Sequence record: PV935351.1
Source of the DNA: a phage
Strand: one strand, 5' to 3'
DNA: 39,767 bases
A model generated the notes under the pieces. The model was not told where the DNA came from. It made no database searches and saw only the letters and a list, made by a program, of their open reading frames with translations. This document shows positions 1-7,542 of the stretch, piece after piece (within the stretch, counting starts at the first letter, position 1; the number at the start of each line of letters is the position of its first letter). The position numbers were made by a program, and so were the translations under genes.

Positions 1-204
1 TCTCACAGTTCAAGAACCTCAAGTCTCCCCCCCTAGGCCCTCTTTCAGTCCAGACCAAAGGCCCTACCCATTACTGCTCCTTGCAGTCACAGCCAGTCTA
101 TCATAAGGTTGGACCGATGGTCAAGACGTTAGGTCGACGATAGGTCTAGGCTATGGCTTAGGGAAGGACGATAGGTAGAGGCTATAGGTCTTCTTTGAGT
201 CTCT
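1..204. repeat. left direct terminal repeat (DTR)
   Basis: Bases 1-204 are identical to 39564-39767 by direct comparison; typical of T7-like genome ends. Confidence 0.95.
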
Positions 205-234
205 ATCTGTATAGTGTTATAGTATAACATTACG

Positions 235-325
235 TCCTACACCTACAGTCTCACTAACCTACAGTCTCACTAACCTACAGTCTCAACCATAAGACACCAA
301 CACCTACAGTCAGAGACCTACGGTT
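235..325. repeat. short direct-repeat array just inside left DTR
   Basis: CCTACAGTCTCACTAA in three tandem copies (242-289, 16-bp period, third copy degenerate), plus CCTACAGTC at 303-311 and CCTACGGTT at 317-325. Confidence 0.8.
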
Positions 326-435
326 AATAGACACAAAGGCTATAGACTTAAGGTCTAAGACATGTTAGTCAAAGACTATATCCTCTTACACCATGGGGCC
401 GACGATAGCTTAATCAATATTATTTAAATAACCTA

Positions 436-466
436 TTGACTATAGGTCCAGACTATGGCCTAATAG
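436..466 (+). promoter_or_regulatory. candidate host sigma70 early promoter (weak match)
   Basis: TTGACT at 436-441 followed about 19 nt later by TAATAG; poor -10 match; lies in the early leader. Confidence 0.3.
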
Positions 467-575
467 CTTCCGTCAACACGACACGGCAACAACCGGATAG
501 TGAAGACGCCGGTCCGGTCCGGTTAAGTAGTCAGCCTGTAAGACATACGAACAACAGGCAACCGACAGAAAGTAG

Positions 576-605
576 TTGACAAGATGTAACGATAAGATGT
601 AAGAT
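576..605 (+). promoter_or_regulatory. candidate host sigma70 early promoter (T7 A3-like)
   Basis: TTGACA (576-581), 18-nt spacer, TAAGAT (600-605); the same -35/-10 hexamers as recalled for T7 A3. Confidence 0.5.
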
Positions 606-728
606 GTACCACATCGAAACAACGGTGATGACCAACACTGAAATGGTCTACCTGAAGTCCTCTGACTGAAGGGAATGCTCTTTAACAATCTGGATAAACT
701 CTTAATGTGCGCCGATAGCGACTAACTA

Positions 729-760
729 CAGGGCCTTTGAGTCTACATCTGAAGGCCCTG
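729..760 (+). other. stem-loop in gene 0.3 leader (possible RNase III site)
   Basis: CAGGGCCTT (729-737) and AAGGCCCTG (752-760) form a perfect 9-bp inverted repeat with a 14-nt loop, about 35 nt upstream of the gene 0.3 start. Confidence 0.5.
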
Positions 761-794
761 ACTGATAGTCACTAACAACTGAGAGGATATAACT

Positions 795-1304
795 ATGGAA
801 CGTAACGCTAACGCATACTATGAGCTGCTGGCTGCAACCGTTGAGCTGTTCAATGAGCGTATTCAGTGCGACGAAATAGCTGAAGGCGATGACTACAGCG
901 ATGCGCTACATGAGGTCGTAGACGGTAATGTTCCGCACTATTACCACGAGATTTTCACGGTGATGGCTGCTGATGGTATTGACCATGAGTTCGAAGACTC
1001 TGGGCTGATGCCTGAGACCAAGGACGTAACGCGTATACTACAAGCTCGCATCTATGAGGCACTGTATAACGATGTGTCTAATAGCTCTGACGTGGTCTGG
1101 TTTGAGGCTGAAGAGGAGGACGAAAAGGCTGAATATTGGGTAGTTGACACTAGAACAGGCGAGATAATTGATACAGCTGTATCAATTTACGAGGCTATTG
1201 CATGTGCAAAAGAACTATATGAGGAAGGTTTTCACATGCAGGTCGAAGACATCAACGATAACGTAGTGTTCGATCCTGAGGCTGCTGAGGAGGACTGCGA
1301 GTGA
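795..1304 (+). CDS. 0.3: Ocr-like DNA-mimic anti-restriction protein with C-terminal extension
   Basis: 169 aa; core [43 protein letters not shown] closely matches recalled T7 Ocr; about 55 extra acidic residues at the C-terminus; GAGG RBS. Confidence 0.85.
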   Translation: MERNANAYYELLAATVELFNERIQCDEIAEGDDYSDALHEVVDGNVPHYYHEIFTVMAADGIDHEFEDSGLMPETKDVTRILQARIYEALYNDVSNSSDVVWFEAEEEDEKAEYWVVDTRTGEIIDTAVSIYEAIACAKELYEEGFHMQVEDINDNVVFDPEAAEEDCE

Positions 1305-1465
1305 TGGTAACTTATGGTCTCTGCCAGCACCACGTCTCCATCGCCAGGCTTATGGTCTTGACCGGGCGATTAACCCACGAGGAGTCTATGCGTCTCCTGA
1401 AGGTGCTCTATGAGCGCCGCAAACGTATGCACGATAGTCTACACGCTGAGGATAAACCACAATGA
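1304..1465 (+). CDS. small early protein, gp0.4-like
   Basis: 53 aa, ATG overlaps the gene 0.3 stop (TGATGG); GAGGAGG RBS; YGL...LLKVLYE pattern resembles recalled T7 gp0.4. Shorter than 60 aa, so absent from the ORF track. Confidence 0.5.
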   Translation: MVTYGLCQHHVSIARLMVLTGRLTHEESMRLLKVLYERRKRMHDSLHAEDKPQ

Positions 1466-1611
1466 AACGATACGCTATACACATTCCGGGATGGTGTTAC
1501 ACAATGACTTGCTACGGATACAACGAGAGAGACGCAAGAGCCCGCTTCCGTGACCAGCAAGGATTCGGTAAACGTCTGCCAAATGGTACGGCTATCTGGG
1601 AGATTGACTAA
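1462..1611 (+). CDS. hypothetical small early protein
   Basis: 49 aa (MKRYAIHIPGWCYTMTCYGYNERDARARF...), ATGA overlap with the upstream ORF, GAGG RBS. Confidence 0.45.
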   Translation: MKRYAIHIPGWCYTMTCYGYNERDARARFRDQQGFGKRLPNGTAIWEID

Positions 1612-1612
1612 C

Positions 1613-1738
1613 ATGTACCAGATAACTTATAGCAGTGAACAGGCGTTCTATGATGGGTGTTACGAGATGATGAAGCGTGGTGCTTGCTTCGTGGCTAATC
1701 ACCATGCGCTAACCATAACACTGACAGGTGGATACTGA
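1613..1738 (+). CDS. hypothetical small early protein
   Basis: 41 aa from ATG 1613 (MYQITYSSEQAFYDGCYEMMKRGACF...), GGGAG RBS; the track ORF 1550-1738 probably starts here. Confidence 0.4.
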   Translation: MYQITYSSEQAFYDGCYEMMKRGACFVANHHALTITLTGGY

Positions 1739-1808
1739 GTGATAGACGAGAGGTCATCTACTGATAGGTGGCCTCAAAGATTACCACTTACATTGATAGG
1801 ATTTAACT

Positions 1809-1913
1809 ATGAGTACTGCAATCATCTGGACCATCTCTGGCTTCGTAGCGTGGGGAATGTTTACTCTAGTCTGCAAACTACCGGTCCTTACTCAACTGTT
1901 ATGGGGCTTATGA
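1809..1913 (+). CDS. hypothetical small hydrophobic peptide
   Basis: 34 aa MSTAIIWTISGFVAWGMFTLVCKLPVLTQLLWGL, one predicted TM helix, AGGA upstream. Confidence 0.3.
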   Translation: MSTAIIWTISGFVAWGMFTLVCKLPVLTQLLWGL

Positions 1914-2113
1914 CTATGATATCTGCACTATTGATAGCCATAGGCTATGGACTTATCGCCTACGTGCTGGTGAGTGACATTAAAAAGGCGCGTAAAGTCT
2001 ACAAATTCAACTATGTACGTCTGGGCCGCTGGACCGTACGTCAACCTAACGGACGATTCATGCGCAACTTAGCGAACGTCTGGGATATAGCAACTATTGG
2101 GAGCAAACTGTAA
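1901..2113 (+). CDS. hypothetical small membrane protein (alternative GTG start at 1739)
   Basis: In-frame ATG at 1901 gives about 70 aa with hydrophobic segment MISALLIAIGYGLIAYVLV; the track's 1739 start is a GTG. Confidence 0.4.
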   Translation: MGLMTMISALLIAIGYGLIAYVLVSDIKKARKVYKFNYVRLGRWTVRQPNGRFMRNLANVWDIATIGSKL

Positions 2114-2505
2114 TGAACAAGTCAAATCGGGTACACGCACTGGACCAAATCATAACGCAACGCACATTCACTGATAAGAACGGCGTAGAGTGGAAGTATG
2201 TTGGAATGGACTCGCGTGGTCGCAACTACTGGGAGAAGACCGGGAGAAAGAGCGCTTATGTGCATCGTCGCTCGTCACACACCGTACGTCAACAGCAGGA
2301 GCGAGAGCGTGTACTTGAGGCACGACTCCGTGCCGAGGGCCATAAGTCTGAGCTGATGTGGCTGGTGTATGGTGGACGCCCAATCACTGACGATGGTAAA
2401 CTTCTGGTCTCAGGCTGGACGGCGAGAGACCAACGGTCAACCATCAAGCACACGACCAAAGGTGACTTCAGTCATCTCCACGCTAACCCACTGATATGCA
2501 AGTGA
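2113..2505 (+). CDS. hypothetical early protein
   Basis: 130 aa, basic; ATG overlaps the upstream stop (TAATG); GGGAG RBS; no motif recognised. Confidence 0.6.
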   Translation: MNKSNRVHALDQIITQRTFTDKNGVEWKYVGMDSRGRNYWEKTGRKSAYVHRRSSHTVRQQQERERVLEARLRAEGHKSELMWLVYGGRPITDDGKLLVSGWTARDQRSTIKHTTKGDFSHLHANPLICK

Positions 2506-2510
2506 TTCTG

Positions 2511-2533
2511 ACTTAACTATCACTATAGGACTC
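2511..2533 (+). promoter_or_regulatory. phage RNAP promoter upstream of the RNAP gene
   Basis: CTTAACTATCACTATAGGA, +1 G at 2528; -8 to -1 (TCACTATA) identical to the T7 promoter. Confidence 0.7.
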
Positions 2534-2602
2534 AAGGTCTAAGACTACAAGTGAAAGACCAAAGAGACTCTAAGTGAAAGACTAATAACAAGGACTTTAA
2601 GT

Positions 2603-5284
2603 ATGAGCGTCATCTCTATTGATAAACACGACTTCTCTGATGTGTCGAACGCCATTGAGCCGTTTAACCTGCTGGCAGACCACTACGGGCAAGACCTTGC
2701 AGTCAAACAGCTTCAGCTTGAGCATGAGGCATACACAGAAGGCGAGCGACGTTTCATCAAAAACCTTGAGCGACAGACTGAGCGCGGGGAACTGGCAGAC
2801 AATCAGGTCGCCAAGCCTTTGATGCAGACTCTGGTGCCTAAGATTGCGCAAGCAGTCAAGGAGTGGCACGAAGGCCAAGACGGGAAGCTGTCAACCTCTC
2901 GTCCTAGCGTAGCGTTCACCATGTTAAGCACCGAAGAGAAGGCCGTCAAGGACCGCTCTCTGCGTATCTCTTGCGAGTCTGCTGCGGTCATCATACTGAA
3001 GGTCATACTCTCCAAGCTGGTAAAGCCTGAAGGGATACCGATTACACCGATGGCCTCAGCGTTAGGTCGCACACTTGAGGACGAAATCCGCTTCGGTCGC
3101 ATCCGTGACAAGGAGAAGGAGCACTTCAAGAAGGCGATAGCTGAGAACCTGAACAAGCGAGCTGGGGCATCCTACAAGAAAGCCTACATGCAAGCGGTAG
3201 AGGCATCCATGCTGGAGCAAGGCCAACTGGAAGATGCGTGGGGGACTTGGAGTCCGACCGAAGCGGTACACGTTGGCATCAAGATGCTAGAGATTGTCAT
3301 CCAGTCCACACAACTGGTCGAGCTTAAGCGTTATGGTGCTGGCAATGCGGCGGCTGACGTTGAGATGGTCCACCTGTCAGACTTCTGGGTCAAGAAGATG
3401 GCACAACGAGGATTCAGCCTTGCGGGTATAGCTCCAGTCTACCAGCCTTGCGTCGTTCCACCTAAGCCGTGGACTGGTGTCGTAGGTGGTGGGTACTGGG
3501 CCAAAGGTCGCAGACCGCTACCCCTGATTCGCTTAGGGTCTAAATCAGCGGTGGCACGTTATGAAGACGTATACATGCCTGAAGTCTATGACGCTGTGAA
3601 TATCATCCAGAATACACCTTGGAAAGTGAACAAGAAGGTACTGGACGTGGTGAACATGGTCGAGAAGTTGAACAACACGCCTATTGATGACATCCCTCAG
3701 ATGGAGCCACTGAAGCCTGAAGACTATGCGGGTGAGACTGAGGAGGAACTCAAGGCATGGAAGAAGGCTGCTGCTGGTATCTATCGCCGCGAGAAGGCCC
3801 GACAGTCACGCAGATTATCACTGAGCTTTATCGTTAACCAAGCAAACAAGTTCTCTCAGTTCAAGGCCATCTGGTTCCCGTACAACATGGATTGGCGAGG
3901 TCGTGTCTACGCTGTCCCGATGTTCAACCCTCAGGGTAACGACATGCAGAAGGGTCTACTGACTCTGGCAGTCGGCAAGCCTATTGGTGCTGACGGTTTC
4001 AAATGGCTGAAGGTCCACGGTGCGAACTGTGCGGGTGTCGATAAAGTCACCTTCGAGGAGCGCATCAAGTGGGTGGAAGACAACCACGAAAACATCATTG
4101 CTGCTGCTAAGGCACCGATGGATAGTATTGAGTGGTGGGGCAAGTTAGACTCTCCGTTCTGTTTCCTCGCGTTCTGCTTCGAGTATGCTGGCGTAATGCA
4201 CCACGGCCTGTCTTACTCCTGCTCGCTGCCGATAGCGTTCGATGGGTCCTGCTCTGGTATTCAGCACTTCAGTGCGATGCTTCGTGACCACATCGGTGGA
4301 CATGCAGTAAACCTGACGCCATCCGGTAAGGTACAAGACATCTACCGCATTGTGTCTGACCGCATTGAGGAGGAGCTTAAAGTCCTGCTGATTACAGGTA
4401 CTGACAACGAGATGGACACTCACGAGGACAAGAAAACTGGTGAGAGTACCGAACGTATCAAGCTGGGGACACGAGAGCTGGCCCGTCAGTGGCTGACATA
4501 CGGTATGTCACGCAAGGTCACTAAGCGTTCAGTCATGACTCTGGCCTATGGGTCGAAAGAGTACGGCTTCGCAGACCAAGTTTATGAGGACATCGTGATG
4601 CCAGCGATTGACTCAGGGTCTGGCGCTATGTTCACCGAGCCTAGCCAAGCGTCTCGCTTCATGGCTAAGATGATTTGGGAAGCTGTGAGTGTGACCGTAG
4701 TTGCTGCGGTTGACGCGATGAAGTGGCTTCAAGGTGCTGCCAAGCTGCTGGCTGCTGAGGTGAAGGACAAGAAGACTGGAGAAATCCTGAAGCCTTGCCT
4801 TCCGGTACACTGGGTAACACCTGATGGTTTCCCGGTCTGGCAGGAATACCGCAAGAAGGATACCACTCGTCTGAACCTGATGTTCTTAGGGTCATTCAAC
4901 CTTCAACCTACGGTCAACAAAGGTATGAAGAAGGAGTTGGATAAGCACAAGCAGGAGTCAGGAATTAGCCCGAACTTCGTCCACTCACAAGATGGTAGCC
5001 ATCTCCGCAAGACTGTAGTCCACACTCACCGCAAGTATGGCGTGATGTCATTCGCAGTGATTCACGATAGCTTCGGGACCATCCCGGCTGACGCTGAGTA
5101 TCTGTTCCGTGGCGTCCGTGAGACAATGGTCGAGACCTACCGCGACAACGATGTGCTGCTTGACTTCTACGAGCAGTTTGAATACCAGCTTCACGAGAGC
5201 CAGCGCGACAAGTTGCCTGAGCTTCCGAAGAAAGGTAAACTAAATATCGAGGACATCTTGTCTTCAGACTTTGCATTCGCTTAA
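2603..5284 (+). CDS. 1: T7-type single-subunit DNA-directed RNA polymerase
   Basis: 893 aa; collinear with recalled T7 RNAP, ending in the shared FAFA terminus and including WFPYNMDWRGRVYA, LPIAFDGSCSGIQHFSAMLRD and HDSFGT. Confidence 0.98.
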   Translation: MSVISIDKHDFSDVSNAIEPFNLLADHYGQDLAVKQLQLEHEAYTEGERRFIKNLERQTERGELADNQVAKPLMQTLVPKIAQAVKEWHEGQDGKLSTSRPSVAFTMLSTEEKAVKDRSLRISCESAAVIILKVILSKLVKPEGIPITPMASALGRTLEDEIRFGRIRDKEKEHFKKAIAENLNKRAGASYKKAYMQAVEASMLEQGQLEDAWGTWSPTEAVHVGIKMLEIVIQSTQLVELKRYGAGNAAADVEMVHLSDFWVKKMAQRGFSLAGIAPVYQPCVVPPKPWTGVVGGGYWAKGRRPLPLIRLGSKSAVARYEDVYMPEVYDAVNIIQNTPWKVNKKVLDVVNMVEKLNNTPIDDIPQMEPLKPEDYAGETEEELKAWKKAAAGIYRREKARQSRRLSLSFIVNQANKFSQFKAIWFPYNMDWRGRVYAVPMFNPQGNDMQKGLLTLAVGKPIGADGFKWLKVHGANCAGVDKVTFEERIKWVEDNHENIIAAAKAPMDSIEWWGKLDSPFCFLAFCFEYAGVMHHGLSYSCSLPIAFDGSCSGIQHFSAMLRDHIGGHAVNLTPSGKVQDIYRIVSDRIEEELKVLLITGTDNEMDTHEDKKTGESTERIKLGTRELARQWLTYGMSRKVTKRSVMTLAYGSKEYGFADQVYEDIVMPAIDSGSGAMFTEPSQASRFMAKMIWEAVSVTVVAAVDAMKWLQGAAKLLAAEVKDKKTGEILKPCLPVHWVTPDGFPVWQEYRKKDTTRLNLMFLGSFNLQPTVNKGMKKELDKHKQESGISPNFVHSQDGSHLRKTVVHTHRKYGVMSFAVIHDSFGTIPADAEYLFRGVRETMVETYRDNDVLLDFYEQFEYQLHESQRDKLPELPKKGKLNIEDILSSDFAFA

Positions 5285-5298
5285 CAGGAGAGAGAGTT

Positions 5299-5514
5299 AT
5301 GAAATTTGCACACAAGCAGGCTGGAGTTAATGGTGGGACTCAAATCGTGACCGTAACAGAACACAACGGAAAGGGTCTGGTGAAGACCACGGTCATTCCT
5401 ACCGAAATGTCAAAGCAGCTTAACGTCCCATTCAAGACCCTCGTCTATCTTGTGGAATCCAGCCACGAGAAATACCTGAAAGACGCAGTGACCAAGCTGG
5501 AGCAGACCAAATGA
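5299..5514 (+). CDS. hypothetical protein
   Basis: 71 aa with a strong RBS (AGGAGAGAG); no motif recognised. Confidence 0.55.
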   Translation: MKFAHKQAGVNGGTQIVTVTEHNGKGLVKTTVIPTEMSKQLNVPFKTLVYLVESSHEKYLKDAVTKLEQTK

Positions 5515-5589
5515 CAGACCTACAGTTACTGGCCTTGTGGCTTGGAGCACTAGCAGTATTCACTTTAATCCAACGCAGAAGAGGTTAAC

Positions 5590-5612
5590 CCTAAACTATC
5601 ACTATAGGATTA
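5590..5612 (+). promoter_or_regulatory. phage RNAP promoter
   Basis: CTAAACTATCACTATAGGA, +1 G at 5607. Confidence 0.8.
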
Positions 5613-5662
5613 GACTCAAGGTCATGACTCAAAGTCGTGGCCTTCATGATTAACCCTAACTC
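5611..5662 (+). ncRNA. conserved structured RNA element, copy A (candidate RNase III site)
   Basis: TAGACTCAAGGTCAT, 11 variable nt, GTGGCCTTCATGATTAACCCTAACT; the same element recurs at 12952 and 36562. Confidence 0.55.
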
Positions 5663-5682
5663 ATTCAATCAGGAGCTACACC

Positions 5683-5862
5683 ATGTATCAGAACACTATC
5701 AACTTCGAGCGAATCCGTGAACGTCAGCAGACTGAAGACTACATTCCGAAGGGACGCAAGCTGAACAAGACCAAGCGTGGCGGCGGTGTCAAGGGTGCTT
5801 TCCGTAACGCTGAAGGCAAAGACTCTATGGTAAACCAAGAGAAGTATTTCGTAGGAGCGTAA
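5683..5862 (+). CDS. 1.1: gp1.1-like small basic protein
   Basis: 59 aa; KGRKLNKTKR matches recalled T7 gp1.1; GGAG RBS. Not in the ORF track (under 60 aa). Confidence 0.7.
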   Translation: MYQNTINFERIRERQQTEDYIPKGRKLNKTKRGGGVKGAFRNAEGKDSMVNQEKYFVGA

Positions 5863-5865
5863 GAC

Positions 5866-6117
5866 ATGAGTAAACGTTGGCTATTCGACGCATCCACGAG
5901 CCAGTGGTCAGCGGTAGGCCGGACTCACCGCGCGATGAGTGAGGCAGGACTTGATGTCCTAATGGATTACTCGCCGTTCCCCGGAAAAATTCTGGTCAGA
6001 GTAATTGAAGCAGATGGTGGGAGGCTTCTGGTCTCCAGAGAATTTACCGAAGATGAAATCTTTAACTGTGAGCAATGGTGCTTACAACAATTGAACGCTT
6101 ATAGGAGCTGGAAATAA
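5866..6117 (+). CDS. 1.2: gp1.2-like protein (T7 gp1.2 inhibits host dGTPase)
   Basis: 83 aa, same size and position as T7 gp1.2, ends ...NAYRSWK (T7 ends ...DWK). Confidence 0.7.
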   Translation: MSKRWLFDASTSQWSAVGRTHRAMSEAGLDVLMDYSPFPGKILVRVIEADGGRLLVSREFTEDEIFNCEQWCLQQLNAYRSWK

Positions 6118-7169
6118 TGACAACGACTATCAAAACTAACCCGCACCGCGCTGTAGATTACTCTGAGTCTGGCGTTAAGAAGGCACTGGAAGCAGCCGGG
6201 TCGCTTGAAGCTGAAGTGAAGTACGATGGCGTCCGGTTGAATCTTCCGGTCTTCCCTACTGGTGAGACCCAATGGTTGAGCCGTGAGTCTAAACCTCTCC
6301 CAGCCCTTAGCTGGTTGAACACTTCCGGTCAGGACATAGGAGCTACCAAAGCGAGCGACTGGCGGTGGTTCCTGAAGCAAGCTGGCTATGAAGGGACTGG
6401 TCTGATGATTGATGGCGAGGTCATGGTGAAAGGGGTTGACTTCAACACGTCTTCGGGCCTCATCCGCACGAAGTATGTCAAGTCTAAAAACTACGACTTC
6501 CACGATGGCGATTGGGACCTCAAGTCCAAGACTACTCAGTTCCGGCTGGACCGAGACCATATCAAGGTGGTCGTCTACGGTGTAGTGGACCTTAACGTCA
6601 TCCTTGACCCGAAAGCCGAAGGTCCTATCCATAGCGTCACACGCCTGAAGGCCGAAGCTATCGTCCCTCTCCTCCAGAAATACTTCCCGGAAATCGACTG
6701 GGTTCTGTCTGAGTCACACACGGTCTATGACCTTGAGTCGCTCAGCTCCCTGTACGAAGAGAAGCGGCTGGAAGGACATGAGGGTCTGGTAGTCAAGGAC
6801 CCGCTTGGTAAATACAAGCGTGGCAAGAAGTCAGGCATGTGGAAAATGAAGCCTGAGGAGACCATCGACGGGACCGTGTGTGGCCTAGTGTGGGGGACTC
6901 CGGGCAAGGCTAACGAAGGTAAGGTGATTGGCTTTGAGGTGCTGCTTGAGGATGGCATGGTGGTTAACGCTTGTGGCCTGACTGAAGAACAGAAGGATGA
7001 GTTTACGGAAGCCTGTAACACTGATACATATATCCTCGGTGAAATCAATCCATACGAAGGCTGGCAGTGTGAAGTCCTTTTCATGGAGAGGTTCCCTGAT
7101 GGCTCACTCCGTCACCCTAGCTTCAAGTGCTGGCGCGGGACGGAAGACAACCCGACCGTTAAGAGTTAA
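6117..7169 (+). CDS. 1.3: ATP-dependent DNA ligase
   Basis: 350 aa; adenylation motif I KYDGVR at residues 35-40; T7 gene 1.3 position. Confidence 0.95.
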   Translation: MTTTIKTNPHRAVDYSESGVKKALEAAGSLEAEVKYDGVRLNLPVFPTGETQWLSRESKPLPALSWLNTSGQDIGATKASDWRWFLKQAGYEGTGLMIDGEVMVKGVDFNTSSGLIRTKYVKSKNYDFHDGDWDLKSKTTQFRLDRDHIKVVVYGVVDLNVILDPKAEGPIHSVTRLKAEAIVPLLQKYFPEIDWVLSESHTVYDLESLSSLYEEKRLEGHEGLVVKDPLGKYKRGKKSGMWKMKPEETIDGTVCGLVWGTPGKANEGKVIGFEVLLEDGMVVNACGLTEEQKDEFTEACNTDTYILGEINPYEGWQCEVLFMERFPDGSLRHPSFKCWRGTEDNPTVKS

Positions 7170-7178
7170 CTAAACGTC

Positions 7179-7212
7179 AACCCAGTGGTCTCCGGACTGC
7201 TGGGTTTCTTTG
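7179..7212 (+). terminator. intrinsic terminator after ligase (TE-like early terminator)
   Basis: CCCAGTGG / CTGCTGGG stem (two G-U pairs) with an 8-nt loop, followed by TTTCTTTG. Confidence 0.65.
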
Positions 7213-7231
7213 CGTCTAGACCGTAGATAGA

Positions 7232-7254
7232 CCTAAACTATCACTATAGGACAA
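7232..7254 (+). promoter_or_regulatory. phage RNAP promoter
   Basis: CCTAAACTATCACTATAGGAC, +1 G at 7249. Confidence 0.8.
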
Positions 7255-7281
7255 CCATAACTTCGACCTAAGGAGGCCGAC

Positions 7282-7542
7282 ATGTTTAAGAACTTAATGT
7301 TCAACCGTTATACCAGTACCTTCCACCTGTCCAACAACCCGTTCGCTTGCATTAAGCGCAACGAGAAGCTGGACTACTTCGGGAAGGTCGTTAAGCTGTC
7401 ACCTACAGTCTACGCTCTGATTACTCAGGGTAAAGCTGAAGAGGCTCGCCAAAAACGTGAGACCAACGTACCTGTAGTCTACACCAAGTGGCCTCGCGTT
7501 CGTCTGTTTATTGAGTTCGTGAAGGAGGTGATCAATGGTTAA
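7282..7542 (+). CDS. hypothetical protein (gene 1.6 position)
   Basis: 86 aa; AAGGAGG RBS. Confidence 0.65.
   Translation: MFKNLMFNRYTSTFHLSNNPFACIKRNEKLDYFGKVVKLSPTVYALITQGKAEEARQKRETNVPVVYTKWPRVRLFIEFVKEVING

Noticed and set aside
242-289. Tandem 16-bp repeats considered as a CRISPR-like array
   Set aside because: Units are contiguous with no spacers, only three copies, and sit next to the terminal repeat; they are phage-end repeats, not CRISPR.
330-361. Possible left-end phage promoter (phiOL-like)
   Set aside because: Only CTATAG plus the downstream GACTTAAGGTCTAAGAC motif match; the -17 to -7 region does not fit the consensus, so probably not a functional promoter.
2619-2822. 67-aa alternative-frame ORF at the start of the RNAP gene
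   Set aside because: Embedded in gene 1 with no independent start signal.
6099-6632. 177-aa minus-strand ORF inside the ligase gene
   Set aside because: Antisense to the ligase gene (KYDGVR motif on + strand); no start context; judged spurious.
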